Below, piece after piece: positions 9,828 through 19,803 of a stretch of 64,000 nt of DNA. Within the stretch, counting starts at the first letter, position 1, and every line of letters begins with the position of its first letter. Below the pieces are notes generated by a model. The model did not search any database, had not been told where the DNA came from, and was given only the letters and a program-made list of their open reading frames with translations. The stretch comes from Candidatus Eiseniibacteriota bacterium (GTDB lineage: Bacteria > Eisenbacteria > RBG-16-71-46 > SZUA-252): assembly GCA_963703225.1 (NCBI GenBank), contig OY969801.1:224001-288000 (forward strand), given 5' to 3'. Made by a program: the position numbers and the translations under genes.

Positions 9828-10682
9828 TCACCGGACGAGTCGGCGAAACAGCGTGACGAGGCCCGCGTCCCACCAGACCAGGGCCAACACGGATGTGGCC
9901 GCGGTCCACGCCGCGGAAAGGATCGAGCCGAGATGACCACCGCGAGGCAGGAAGGCGGTGCCCCACCGAATCGCGGGGGGGGGCACCATGATCAGCCCCA
10001 AGAGGACTGCCCAGAAAGCCAATACCGCGAGAAATCGGCTCCACTCCCGGCCGCCACGGCTAACGACCAGGGAGATGCTCAATCCGATGGACCGAATCGG
10101 TCCGCGGTTCTCGAAGATGAGAAACGGCCAGGCAAAGAGAAGGAAGAGAGACGTCACGATGAGCCACGCAAGCGAGCGCCAGGCGGCCCGCCAAATCGCA
10201 GCCCAGAGCATCGCAGCGAGCTTCTCCGGCTCGGCGGCGCCGCCGGCCTCGACCACCGGAGCCACGACCGGGGCGACGCTTGCGATGAGGAAGAGGATCG
10301 GCGGCCCCATGATGATCGCTCCCTGCACGATCCCAGACACCGTCAGCGGAAAGGTCTTCTTGGCGAGAATCGCGGTCGCGCGCATAGGGCCGATCGCTTG
10401 GCCCCGCACAATCCCGTCCTGGATTGGGAGGAGGAGCAGGGAGACCATCGCGAGGATGGCGACGTCGAGAAGCATCAGCTCCGATGCGGCAAGCCCCGCC
10501 AAGGCCTGGGACGGGTCGAGGGCCGCGCCCCCGCCACTCGGTATCGTCGCGAGCACCGTGCGCGCGATGAAATCAAACACCGCCGTCGCCACGAGAATCC
10601 ACGCGACCGGGCGAAGCGAGCTCCGGCCCAGCGCGATCGAGTCTTCGAGTGTCTCGAACGCCGCGGAGGTCGCGCTCCCCAC
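9828..10682 (-). CDS. Multi-pass membrane protein of unknown function
   Basis: 284 aa with several hydrophobic helices; LIFENRGPIRSIGLS motif shared with the adjacent gene. Confidence 0.75.
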   Translation of the reverse strand: MGSATSAAFETLEDSIALGRSSLRPVAWILVATAVFDFIARTVLATIPSGGGAALDPSQALAGLAASELMLLDVAILAMVSLLLLPIQDGIVRGQAIGPMRATAILAKKTFPLTVSGIVQGAIIMGPPILFLIASVAPVVAPVVEAGGAAEPEKLAAMLWAAIWRAAWRSLAWLIVTSLFLLFAWPFLIFENRGPIRSIGLSISLVVSRGGREWSRFLAVLAFWAVLLGLIMVPPPAIRWGTAFLPRGGHLGSILSAAWTAATSVLALVWWDAGLVTLFRRLVR

Positions 10683-10688
10683 GTCGGG

Positions 10689-11630
10689 CTACTCGAAGCG
10701 GAAGGGGCTGGTGGTGGGTGGAGGTTCCTCGCCCGGGACGCGGACGCCGGCCACGCCCACCGGCGCCCCAGCCGCGGAAACCGAGGAGCGAAAGAGCACC
10801 ATCAACGCGGCGACGCTGAAGGGGAACAGGACGGCCGACACGGCCGCGCTCCATATCGCCCGCGAGATGCGAATCGCGGGATGATCGACGTCCGCCGCGG
10901 CGGACCACGCCTGGACAATGGCTTCAGGCATGGAGAGCGCGATCGCAGCGAGCGTGAGGAGGCAGAAGAAGATGAACAGTCGGCCGAAAATTCCCCCGAA
11001 TTGTCGCCCGACCAGGGCGAAGCTCAGGCGGATCGAGGAGAGGGGCCCGCGCCGCTCCAGCACGAGCAGAGGAATGGCGTAGATCAAGAAGAACCCGATG
11101 ATGGCCACCCAGAGAAGACACGGCACCAGGGTCGCCAGAAGAGCCAGCCGTCCCAACTCCTCCTGCTTCGTGGGTATGGCGCTGATGAACAATACGACTC
11201 CGCCCAGGATCAGCGTGGGTGGGCCGAACGCCAGGACGACCTGAGCGATGACCGAGATCACGAACGCGACCAGCCGCTCCAGGACCATCCGGACGCAGTC
11301 CAGGAACGATCGGCGCTCACCGCGAAGGACCGAATCTTGGAGCGGCAGGAACGGCGTGTAGATCAGGACGAGCATCGGGAGGTATGCCGCGATCTCCATC
11401 GCCATCGACATGACGAATGCCTTGCTGTCGTACGAGCCGAGTGGGGAAGAGGCGTCGGTGGAGAACGCGAGGAAAAGCTCCATGCCGAGGCGGTAGAAGT
11501 AGAGGAACCCCAGCGCGGGCAGGGCGAGCCGCATCGAGCCGAGCCCGAGCGCCACGACCGCGCGCAGATACGTGCCGAGCGAAGGAAGTCCGGGGCGGCC
11601 CAACGGTGGGACGGTTCCTTCCAGACCCAT
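10689..11630 (-). CDS. Multi-pass membrane protein of unknown function (distant paralog of 9828..10682)
   Basis: 313 aa with hydrophobic helices; LVLERRGPLSSIRLSFALV motif. Confidence 0.8.
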   Translation of the reverse strand: MGLEGTVPPLGRPGLPSLGTYLRAVVALGLGSMRLALPALGFLYFYRLGMELFLAFSTDASSPLGSYDSKAFVMSMAMEIAAYLPMLVLIYTPFLPLQDSVLRGERRSFLDCVRMVLERLVAFVISVIAQVVLAFGPPTLILGGVVLFISAIPTKQEELGRLALLATLVPCLLWVAIIGFFLIYAIPLLVLERRGPLSSIRLSFALVGRQFGGIFGRLFIFFCLLTLAAIALSMPEAIVQAWSAAADVDHPAIRISRAIWSAAVSAVLFPFSVAALMVLFRSSVSAAGAPVGVAGVRVPGEEPPPTTSPFRFE

Positions 11631-11695
11631 GGGGGCGCATTGTACTCCCGCGCCCTGTGGTCCCCAAAGGAGTCTTGGGGTAGAGTGGCCCGCGC

Positions 11696-13054
11696 ATGAA
11701 TCTACCGGCGGCCTTCTCCAGAATCGCGGTCGCGCTCAACGATTGGACGCAGCGTTGGGTCCCCGGCGCGTTCTCCATCGCGTGGATCCTGACCCTCCTG
11801 GTGGTCGGGCTCGGCGTGACCATTGGGCACGCATCCCTCGTCGACTGCGTTCGCTCCTGGGGCGACGGCTTCTGGGAGCTGCTGCCGTTCTCGATGCAGA
11901 TGTGCCTGGTCATGGTTACCGGCAGCATCGTCGCGGTCTCGCCGCCCGTCGCGCGGCTGCTGGCCCGCCTCGCCGCGCTGCCGCGGACGCCCCGGCAGTC
12001 GATCCTCCTCATGTCGCTCGTCTCCATGCTTCTGGCGCTGTTCCACTGGGGGCTGAGCATCGTGGGGAGCGCCGTGCTCGTGCGCGAAATCGGCCGGCGG
12101 CGAAGCGACGTGGACTTTCGCCTTCTCGTGGCGGCGGCCTATCTCGGTATGGGGACCACATGGCACGCGGGGCTCTCGGCCTCGGCTCCACTCCTCGTCG
12201 CGACGCCGGGCCATTTCATGGAATCGACGATCGGCCTGATCCCGGTCCGCGACACGCTCTTCGCGCCGTTCAACTTGATCCTCGTCGCCATCGTGGTGGT
12301 CGTCTTCGCCGTGGTGACACCGTTTCTGCACCCGCCGCGAGAGCGGACCGTGACGGTTGGGCCCGCCCAGCTCACCGCCATCGAGATGTACAGACCCCCC
12401 ACGCGTCCCTCCGGGGCCGAGGGGATGGCCCCGGCGGTTCGGCTTGAGTTCTCACCCTGGGTCAACTGGAGCTTTGGCGTCCTCGCCCTCGTCTGGCTCG
12501 GCTCCTACATGGCTCGCCCCACGCATCCGGTCACGCTCAATGTCCTCAACTTCACGATGATGGGGCTTGCGATCGCGCTCCATCCATCGGCGGCGTCGCT
12601 CGTGGCGGCCGCGGAGGACGCGGGCAAGCTCGTCTTTGGAATCATTCTCCAGTTCCCGCTCTACGCGGGGATCTACGGCATCATCCAGTCGACCCATCTC
12701 GCCCAGACGCTCGCCAACGCGTTCGTGGGCATCGCGAGCACGTCGACCTATCCGCTCATCGTCTACTGGTACTCCGGCATCGTGAACTACTTCGTCCCGT
12801 CGGGAGGCTCCAAGTGGGCGATCGAGGCCCCGTACGTCCTCTCCGCGGGGAAGATGCTCGGCGTCCCGGCCGCGAAGGTGGTAACCGCGTACGCGTGGGG
12901 TGACATGATGACCGACATCATCCAGCCGTTTTGGGCGATCCCGCTGCTCGCGGCCGCCAAGCTCGACTTTCGCGAGATCCTCGGCTTCTGCATGATCCTC
13001 TTCTGCGTCTACGTCCCGATCGTCTCCCTCGCGTTCCTCCTCTTCCCACGCTAA
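11696..13054 (+). CDS. atoE: Short-chain fatty acid transporter (AtoE family)
   Basis: WGDGFWELLPFSMQM, WHAGLSASAPL, VNYFVPSGGSKW and IQPFWAIPLL motifs. Confidence 0.92.
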   Translation: MNLPAAFSRIAVALNDWTQRWVPGAFSIAWILTLLVVGLGVTIGHASLVDCVRSWGDGFWELLPFSMQMCLVMVTGSIVAVSPPVARLLARLAALPRTPRQSILLMSLVSMLLALFHWGLSIVGSAVLVREIGRRRSDVDFRLLVAAAYLGMGTTWHAGLSASAPLLVATPGHFMESTIGLIPVRDTLFAPFNLILVAIVVVVFAVVTPFLHPPRERTVTVGPAQLTAIEMYRPPTRPSGAEGMAPAVRLEFSPWVNWSFGVLALVWLGSYMARPTHPVTLNVLNFTMMGLAIALHPSAASLVAAAEDAGKLVFGIILQFPLYAGIYGIIQSTHLAQTLANAFVGIASTSTYPLIVYWYSGIVNYFVPSGGSKWAIEAPYVLSAGKMLGVPAAKVVTAYAWGDMMTDIIQPFWAIPLLAAAKLDFREILGFCMILFCVYVPIVSLAFLLFPR

Positions 13055-13082
13055 ACTCGACGGTGCGCTCCGGCGCGCCGCC

Positions 13083-15986
13083 ATGATCCCCGAGACCGCC
13101 ACACTCTCCTCACGCGAAGAACTAGCGCTCGATCAGGAGCAGCAGACCGCCGTCGAGCACGGGGAAGGCCCGCTCTTGATCGTCGCCGGCGCCGGGACGG
13201 GCAAGACCACGGTCATCGCGAGGCGGATCGCCCACCTGATCGCGACCAAGCAAGCCCGGCCCTCCCAGATTCTCGCGCTCACGTTCAATGACAAGGCCTC
13301 GGACGAGATGCAGGAGAGGGTCGATCTCCTCGTCCCTTACGGGTACGCCGACGTGACGATCCGGACGTTTCACGCGTTCGGCGAGGAGGTGTTGGCCGGG
13401 CACGGCATGGAGATCGGCATCGCGCCGGGATTCACTGTGCTCGACCGGACGGCACAGGCCTTATTCCTCGCGGAGCGCCTCGACCAGCTCGGCCTCGATC
13501 GCTACGCGCCCCTCTCCGATCCGACTCGATACCTCTTCGAGCTGGCGACCTACTTCAGCCGCGCCAAGGACGAACCGCTCTGGCCCGACGATCTCCGGAG
13601 GGCCGCCGAGTCGCTCGATGGCGACGAGGGGGAACGGGCGCTGGAGCTGGCCGGTGCCTACGAGCGCTACAACGAGCTTCTCTGGAAGGGCGGCTTCCTC
13701 GACTTCGGCGACCTCCTCGCGCTGACCCTCCGACTCTTCGAGGTGAGCCCCGGGACGCTCCAGCGGTTCCAGGAGCGCTTCCTCCACGTCCTGGTCGACG
13801 AGTTCCAGGACACCAATCCGGTCCAGTTCAAGATCGTCCGCCGCCTCACCGAGGCCAGGGGAAATCTGGTCGTGGTGGGGGACGACGATCAGTCGATCTA
13901 TCGATTCCGCGGCGCGCACCTGAAGAACATCCTCGAGTTTCGCGAGCACTTCCCCAACACGCGGGAAATCGTGCTCCGAGAGAATTACCGGAGCACCCGC
14001 CAGATCCTCGAGGTCTCGCGGAGGCTGATCCAGGTGAACAAGGAGCGACTCGAGACCCGGTACGGGATCGTCAAGACGCTGAAGACCGAGAAATCGGGTG
14101 CGCCGCCGAGCTTCCGCGAGTTCGCCACAGAGAGTGAGGAAGCGGAGTGGGTTTCGGGGGAGATCGCGGCCGCGGTCTCGGAGGGTCGGCGGCGGTGGCG
14201 GGACTTCGCGATCCTCGTGAGGACGAATCGCCAGGCGGAGCCGTTCCTGCGCGCGCTCGACGAGCGCGGCGTCCCGTTCCACTTCTCCGGAAGCCGCGGG
14301 CTCTTCCAGCGTCCCGAGGTGAAGGAGCTGGTGGCGCTCCTCCATTCGCTCTTCCAGGAGACGCGGCCGGAGTACCTCTATCTCCTCGCCGCCGAAGCCT
14401 ACGGCGTGCCCGAGGACGACCTCTCCCGCCTCGTGCATCGCTTGCGCGTGGAGCCGGGCCGATTCCGGTCGCTCTTGGAGCGCGCGGCGCAGGGCCGCGG
14501 AGAGGTTCCCATTAGCGACGAGGGACGCGAGCGTCTTGGGAGGATGGTCGAGGACCTCCGCGATCTCCGAGAGTTCGCGCGCGGACGGCGCACGGGCGAG
14601 GTCCTCTACCGCTACCTCGAGCGCCGGGGGCTCCTTCAGGAGCTGGTCGCCTCGCGGCGATTCGAGGACGAAGCCCGCGCCCGAAACATCGTCAAGTTCT
14701 TCTCGATCATCCGCTCCTTTGAGAAGGTGGCCCTCTCCGATCGGGTCGCCCTCTTTCTCATGCACCTGGACGCGATCCAGGAGTATGGGGAGGACCCCGC
14801 CGTCGCGGACATCGACGCCGCCTCCGACGTGGTCCAGGTGCTCACCGTCCACAAGGCGAAGGGATTGGAGTTTCCGGTCGTCTATCTGGTTCAGCTCGCG
14901 GCCGACCGCTTTCCCACCCGATACAGGAGCCAGGGGCTCGAGCTCCCGGTCGAGAGCGCGCCCGGTGAGTTTTCCGAAAGCGAGTCCCACCGCGAGGAGG
15001 AGCGCCGGCTCTGCTACGTCGCGCTCACCCGCGCGCGCGAAGAGCTGATCACGACCTACGCGCGCGACTACGGCGGGACGAGCGGGCGCGATCGGAGGCC
15101 GAGCATCTTCCTCTTGGAGGCGTTCGATCTGGGGAAGCCCGTTCCGGCGCGACAGCGCCGCCGGGTCCTCGAGGAGCTGGAGGAGCACCGCCCGGAGGAG
15201 CGAGGGGAGACTCCCGAACCGACCGCGGTCCCGCCGCGCGAGCCGCTCCAGCTCAGCTTCCGACGCCTTGAAGACTACGAGACCTGCCCGCTCAAGTACC
15301 GCTTCCTCCACGACCTCTCCGTCGAGCCAATCCTCACGAGCGACCATCGGGTCAATTTCGGGAGCGCCGTTCACCAATCGGTCGCCTTCGCGCTCGGCGG
15401 CCGTGCGCGCGGGGAGAGCCCGAGCTTCGAGGAGATGATCGAGGTCTTTCGCCGCGCCTGGCGGAGCGAGGGGTACCGCTCGGAGGAGCACGAGCGGAGG
15501 CGGTTCGAGCAGGGACGGGATGCGCTCCAGGCGTTCTACGAGCGTGAGGTTGCCGCGGGGCCGGCCCCGACCGAAGTGGAGCGCCACTTCCGCGTCAAGC
15601 TCCAGGGAGTGGTCGTCACCGGGAGCATCGATCGCATCGACGAAGGACCGGACAGCGTCGTTCTGATTGATTACAAGACGTCCGAGATCGACGATCCCAG
15701 CGAGGCCGATGACAAGGCGGAGGAGAGCTTGCAGCTCTTGGTCTACGCGCTGGCCTACCAGGAATTGAACGGCCACGCGCCCGATCGCCTGGAGCTCCGC
15801 TACGTGCTGACCGGCGAGGTCGGAACCACGACGCCGAGCGAGGCGCGCCTCGAGAAGACGCGGGCGCGGATCCGGTCGATCGCCGATTCCATCCGAGCCG
15901 GAAATTTCGAGGCGCGGCCGAGTGAGCGGACCTGCTCGATTTGCGCGTGCAGGCCGATCTGCAAGGAGTCGGCGGTGCCGATCTAG
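13083..15986 (+). CDS. UvrD/PcrA-type SF1 helicase fused to a RecB-like PD-(D/E)XK nuclease (AddA/AdnB-like)
   Basis: AGAGTGKT, DEFQD, VGDDDQSIYRFRGA, TVHKAKGLEF, EERRLCYVALTRA; C-terminal GSIDRID..IDYKT, QLLVYA and CSICACRPIC. Confidence 0.92.
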   Translation: MIPETATLSSREELALDQEQQTAVEHGEGPLLIVAGAGTGKTTVIARRIAHLIATKQARPSQILALTFNDKASDEMQERVDLLVPYGYADVTIRTFHAFGEEVLAGHGMEIGIAPGFTVLDRTAQALFLAERLDQLGLDRYAPLSDPTRYLFELATYFSRAKDEPLWPDDLRRAAESLDGDEGERALELAGAYERYNELLWKGGFLDFGDLLALTLRLFEVSPGTLQRFQERFLHVLVDEFQDTNPVQFKIVRRLTEARGNLVVVGDDDQSIYRFRGAHLKNILEFREHFPNTREIVLRENYRSTRQILEVSRRLIQVNKERLETRYGIVKTLKTEKSGAPPSFREFATESEEAEWVSGEIAAAVSEGRRRWRDFAILVRTNRQAEPFLRALDERGVPFHFSGSRGLFQRPEVKELVALLHSLFQETRPEYLYLLAAEAYGVPEDDLSRLVHRLRVEPGRFRSLLERAAQGRGEVPISDEGRERLGRMVEDLRDLREFARGRRTGEVLYRYLERRGLLQELVASRRFEDEARARNIVKFFSIIRSFEKVALSDRVALFLMHLDAIQEYGEDPAVADIDAASDVVQVLTVHKAKGLEFPVVYLVQLAADRFPTRYRSQGLELPVESAPGEFSESESHREEERRLCYVALTRAREELITTYARDYGGTSGRDRRPSIFLLEAFDLGKPVPARQRRRVLEELEEHRPEERGETPEPTAVPPREPLQLSFRRLEDYETCPLKYRFLHDLSVEPILTSDHRVNFGSAVHQSVAFALGGRARGESPSFEEMIEVFRRAWRSEGYRSEEHERRRFEQGRDALQAFYEREVAAGPAPTEVERHFRVKLQGVVVTGSIDRIDEGPDSVVLIDYKTSEIDDPSEADDKAEESLQLLVYALAYQELNGHAPDRLELRYVLTGEVGTTTPSEARLEKTRARIRSIADSIRAGNFEARPSERTCSICACRPICKESAVPI

Positions 15987-15997
15987 AGGAGGTCAAG

Positions 15998-16324
15998 ATG
16001 AAGCCGAAGAACCTCTACCTGGCGCTCTGCGTCGTCGGCGCGATTCTCCCGTACGCCGCGTTCATCCCGTTCGTCTGCGAGCACGGTCTTGATTTTCCCC
16101 TGATCTTCACACAGCTCTTCTCCAATCGGATCAGCACCGCGTTCGCGTTCGACATCCTGGTCTCGTCGATCGTGTTCTGGGCATTCGTACTCATCGAGGG
16201 CCGGCGCGCCGGCGTGAAGCACCTCTGGGTCCCGCTGGCGGCCAACGTGGTCGTCGGCCTGTCGCTGGGGCTCCCGCTGTTCCTTTGTATGCGGGAAAGG
16301 CGGCTGGATGCGGCCCCGCGTTGA
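15998..16324 (+). CDS. DUF2834-like small membrane protein
   Basis: ATG 15998 after GAGGAGG; three TM helices ending VGLSLGLPLFLCMRE. Confidence 0.8.
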   Translation: MKPKNLYLALCVVGAILPYAAFIPFVCEHGLDFPLIFTQLFSNRISTAFAFDILVSSIVFWAFVLIEGRRAGVKHLWVPLAANVVVGLSLGLPLFLCMRERRLDAAPR

Positions 16325-17174
16325 GTTGATCTCGGTTTGGCCCACTGGGAGGCTCAGAGTGCTTCGAAGATCCGGCACCTTCTCGCTTGCGCTAGCCCTT
16401 CTTCTGGGGGTTCCCTCGCTTGGCGAATGTTCCAAGCAAACTTGGGAGGGGGCGGCTACGTTTGGGATCAGCTTATGGTCGTATCAGAGACTGGATCCGC
16501 AGAGCTGCTGGTCCGTAGCCGTTGAGGCCGGGTATCCGGACTTCGAGCCAGGCAGACTCGGCCTTGCTCGCATCGAAGTGGCCGGCGGCGCGAAAGTCGT
16601 GAGCGGGGACACCCTGCGAGCCATGAATTCGGGCTCACTGCAATCGTGGCCCCTCAATCTGCGGAAAAGCGGTAGCGGCCCAGTCGAGTTTCGAGCCTCG
16701 CTCATGGTCTACGGGACCGATTCGCTTTCCTACGACGAGCTTCATCAACTGCTGGTACTTGAAGTAGTGGGAGACACCATACTTGTACGGGAACAACGTA
16801 CAACCCTCCAAATCAGCGTGAGAGGTGGTCGTCGATTTCGCTATGGAGATCGGTATCTAGTGGCGCTTGATCCGGATGAAGATCCGCATACGCACCAATC
16901 TCAATCTCCTCCAAAGCTGCTTTCGGGTGGCGAAATCTCTTGTCCCGATTGCGGGCTTCAGGGGCCGATGGAATTACAGGTCGCCGCGACGGTGGGAAGG
17001 AGTGGATCCATCACATGGATCCGCCCTGGAGACTTGACGTCCCGGCCAGTCAGCGCCAAGGTGTGGGCAGCCGTGGAAGCGGGCCTTCGTAGCTACCGCT
17101 TTGAGCCTGCGATTGGCGATGGTGAGCCGACGTCGGGACTGGCAATCCTTCGATTGCGGGTTGTCTCGGAGTAA
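16308..17174 (+). CDS. Hypothetical exported protein, possible TonB C-terminal-like domain
   Basis: 288-aa ORF; C-terminal VGRSGSI...YRFEPAIGDGEP; visibly more AT-rich than neighbours; start uncertain. Confidence 0.6.
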   Translation: MRPRVELISVWPTGRLRVLRRSGTFSLALALLLGVPSLGECSKQTWEGAATFGISLWSYQRLDPQSCWSVAVEAGYPDFEPGRLGLARIEVAGGAKVVSGDTLRAMNSGSLQSWPLNLRKSGSGPVEFRASLMVYGTDSLSYDELHQLLVLEVVGDTILVREQRTTLQISVRGGRRFRYGDRYLVALDPDEDPHTHQSQSPPKLLSGGEISCPDCGLQGPMELQVAATVGRSGSITWIRPGDLTSRPVSAKVWAAVEAGLRSYRFEPAIGDGEPTSGLAILRLRVVSE

Positions 17175-17185
17175 TCTGACGGCGT

Positions 17186-17224
17186 CCAAAACCAAAAACC
17201 CGCCCCACCGGGAGGCGGAGCGGG
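17186..17224 (-). terminator. Intrinsic terminator of trxA
   Basis: Minus strand CCCGCTCCGCC-TCCC-GGTGGGGCGGG followed by TTTTTGGTTTTT, 24 nt after the stop. Confidence 0.8.
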
Positions 17225-17248
17225 CCGAAAGCGTGATACTCGAAAAGA

Positions 17249-17581
17249 CTAGGCCGCCAGCACCCCGTCGATGACCGACATGATCTGGTGCTTGGGGACG
17301 GCCCCGATAATCTGCTCGACGATCTTGCCGCTCTTGAAGATGTAAAGGCTGGGGATGCTCTGGATCCGATACTGGGTCGCGATCCGCTGGTTGGCGTCCA
17401 CGTCCACCTTGGCGACCTTGATCTTGCCCTGGTACTGGCGAGCCACCTCTTCCACCACCGGCCCCACCATGCGACAGGGCCCGCACCACTCGGCCCAGAA
17501 GTCGACCAAGACCGGAATGTTCGAGTTGAGCACTTCCGCGTCGAACGTGCTATCGCTCACCTGGAGTACAGCGTCGGCCAT
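17249..17581 (-). CDS. trxA: Thioredoxin
   Basis: [10 protein letters not shown] and IQSIP; ATG 17581 after AAGGAG. Confidence 0.97.
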   Translation of the reverse strand: MADAVLQVSDSTFDAEVLNSNIPVLVDFWAEWCGPCRMVGPVVEEVARQYQGKIKVAKVDVDANQRIATQYRIQSIPSLYIFKSGKIVEQIIGAVPKHQIMSVIDGVLAA

Positions 17582-17694
17582 GAACCTAGCTCCTTCGAAG
17601 TTGTGGAATCTGAGTGCACTCTGGTGTAGCGAGAAGGGGCACTCACAGTAACAATTTTGATGCCTTGGATCAAGGCCGGATTCAGCCGATCGCG

Positions 17695-17723
17695 TTGACA
17701 CTCCGGCCCAAGGTTTCTACACT
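17695..17723 (+). promoter_or_regulatory. Sigma70-type promoter upstream of natA
   Basis: TTGACA-N17-TACACT. Confidence 0.75.
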
Positions 17724-17776
17724 ACAGGGTTCATGCGCCTACGCCGCCACCGTCCCTCTGAGCCCCGGGTACCCCG

Positions 17777-18586
17777 TTGATCGAGGTCCAGAAGCTCCGG
17801 AAGACGTTTCAGGACCGCAAGCGGGGCGAGATCCCCGCGGTCAAGGACGTCTCCTTTACCTGCCGTCCAGGCAAGGTCTTCGGCCTGCTCGGCCGAAACG
17901 GGGCCGGGAAGACCACCACGCTGCGGATGCTGGCCACGATCCTGGTCCCGACCTCGGGTACAGCCACGGTCGCCGGCCACGACATCGTGCGGCACCCCGC
18001 GGACGTCCGCCGCTCCATCGGGTATCTGTCCGGAGAAACCAAGCTCTACGACCGGCTAACCGGGCGTGACCTTCTGGAGTACTTCGGCGCCCTTGCCGGA
18101 ATGGGTAAGTCCGCCATCCGGGCCCGAATCGTGGAGCTCACCGAGCCGTTCGAGCTCCAGGAAATCCTGATCAAGCGGGTGGGCAAGATGTCGACCGGAA
18201 TGAAGCAGCGGCTTTCGATCTCGCGCGTGCTCTTCCATGAGCCTCAAGTGCTCATCTTCGACGAGCCGACGGCGGGCCTCGACGTCATCGGGGCCAGGAC
18301 GGTTCTGAACCTGGTGCAGGATCTGAAGCGGAAGGGGAGGACCGTGATCTTCTCCACCCACATCATGACCGAGGCGGAGCGGATCTGCGACGAGATCGCG
18401 ATCATCGAGCAGGGGGAAATCCTGGCGCAGGGGACCCTCGATTCGATCAAGCGCCAAGGGGGCCACGCCTCGCTGGAGGACGCCTTCATCGATATCGTCC
18501 AGCGCACGGGCGGCGGTCGCCATGCCGAGAATGGAGACAGTGCCGGAGTGGTCGCCAATCCGGTCGGGGTGAGCGGTGACCGCTAA
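17777..18586 (+). CDS. natA: ABC transporter ATP-binding protein (NatA-like)
   Basis: GRNGAGKTT, MSTGMKQR, DEPTAGLD, FSTH. Confidence 0.85.
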   Translation: MIEVQKLRKTFQDRKRGEIPAVKDVSFTCRPGKVFGLLGRNGAGKTTTLRMLATILVPTSGTATVAGHDIVRHPADVRRSIGYLSGETKLYDRLTGRDLLEYFGALAGMGKSAIRARIVELTEPFELQEILIKRVGKMSTGMKQRLSISRVLFHEPQVLIFDEPTAGLDVIGARTVLNLVQDLKRKGRTVIFSTHIMTEAERICDEIAIIEQGEILAQGTLDSIKRQGGHASLEDAFIDIVQRTGGGRHAENGDSAGVVANPVGVSGDR

Positions 18587-19766
18587 GACCCTGGCCGTCT
18601 ACCGCAAGGAGCTGATCGACACGCTCCGGGACGGCCGCTCGATCTTCGCGATCTTCGTCTTCCCGTTCCTCCTCTACCCCGCGATGCTCCTCTTCACCTC
18701 CTGGATGGCGAGCAAGGACAACCAGGAGGCAAAGCTCTTACAAGTACGAGTCGGCGTCGTCGGTGCGTCCGCTGTTCCGTTCGTCATGGACAGCCTCGCG
18801 GCCATCCCGGGCGTGACGCCGGTGCCGCTCGCGGCCGCGCCGGAGTCGATGGAGCAGGCGGGCGTCAATGCGGTGCTGGTGATCCCGGAGGGCATTCACG
18901 CGTCGCTCGCCCGGGGCGACAGCGCCCGTGTCGAGCTGCTCTACAAGCGAGCCGACAACACCTCCGACGCCGCGCAGGAGCGCGTGGCCCCGATCCTGGA
19001 TCAGGTCCAGCGGGCGCTGACCGTCTCCTGGGCCAAGAGCCACGGTGCGCAGGCCGAGAGCCCTCCGGCCTTGGTAGTGGAGTCGAAGAACGTGTCGGAT
19101 AAGAGCGAGATGGGCCGATTCATCGCGGCGCTCATCATTCCCTATATCCTCGTATTCATGGTGGCGGCCGGCTCCATGCAGACGGCGGTCGACGCGACGA
19201 CGGGCGAGAAGGAGCGGAGCACCCTCGAGACGATCCTTGCGACGTCGGCGTCCCGCACCGAGATCGTACTCGGAAAGTGCATGGCCGTCCTCACGGCGGC
19301 CCTGACCGGAGCGATCACCGGCATCACCGGGCTCTGGTTCACCTTCGCCGTGGTGGCCAAGGCCTTTCCGATGATGTCGAGCCGGTCGCTCGAGATCTCG
19401 ATCGGCCCCGACAAGGCGGCTCTGATCTTCCTGACGCTCTTGCCGACGGCCGTCTTCCTGACCGCGGTGCTCGTGGCGATCGGATGCTTCGCGCGGAGCA
19501 TGCGCGAGGGGCAGACCTACGCGACTTACGTCTATATGGCGTCGATCTTCCTCGGCCTGGGAAGCTTTGGTCAGCAGACGCCGCCGCTCTCGCGCTTTTT
19601 CATCCCGATCTTGAACACCGCGCTACTGCAGCGGGAGATCCTGACCAATTCCGTCCAGATGATGCACGCCGTCGCCGCGGTCGGGGTGACGTCGGCCGCG
19701 GCGGCGCTCATGCTGGTCATCGCCGTCCGCCTCTTCTCGAACGAGGGAGTGCTCTTCAGGACGTAG
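18576..19766 (+). CDS. natB: ABC-2 type permease (NatB-like)
   Basis: KELIDTLRDGR, GEKERSTLETIL and IPILN; overlaps natA. Confidence 0.85.
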   Translation: MTAKTLAVYRKELIDTLRDGRSIFAIFVFPFLLYPAMLLFTSWMASKDNQEAKLLQVRVGVVGASAVPFVMDSLAAIPGVTPVPLAAAPESMEQAGVNAVLVIPEGIHASLARGDSARVELLYKRADNTSDAAQERVAPILDQVQRALTVSWAKSHGAQAESPPALVVESKNVSDKSEMGRFIAALIIPYILVFMVAAGSMQTAVDATTGEKERSTLETILATSASRTEIVLGKCMAVLTAALTGAITGITGLWFTFAVVAKAFPMMSSRSLEISIGPDKAALIFLTLLPTAVFLTAVLVAIGCFARSMREGQTYATYVYMASIFLGLGSFGQQTPPLSRFFIPILNTALLQREILTNSVQMMHAVAAVGVTSAAAALMLVIAVRLFSNEGVLFRT

Positions 19767-19803
19767 GCGCCCACCGTATCGCGAGCCCTCGAGGGAGATC
19801 CGA

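Noticed and set aside
13461..15776. 771-aa antisense ORF (likewise 25647..27983, 9933..11699, 39090..40667, 44116..45258, 61392..63398)
   Set aside because: Shadow ORFs opposite well-supported genes in GC-rich DNA, with no recognisable motifs
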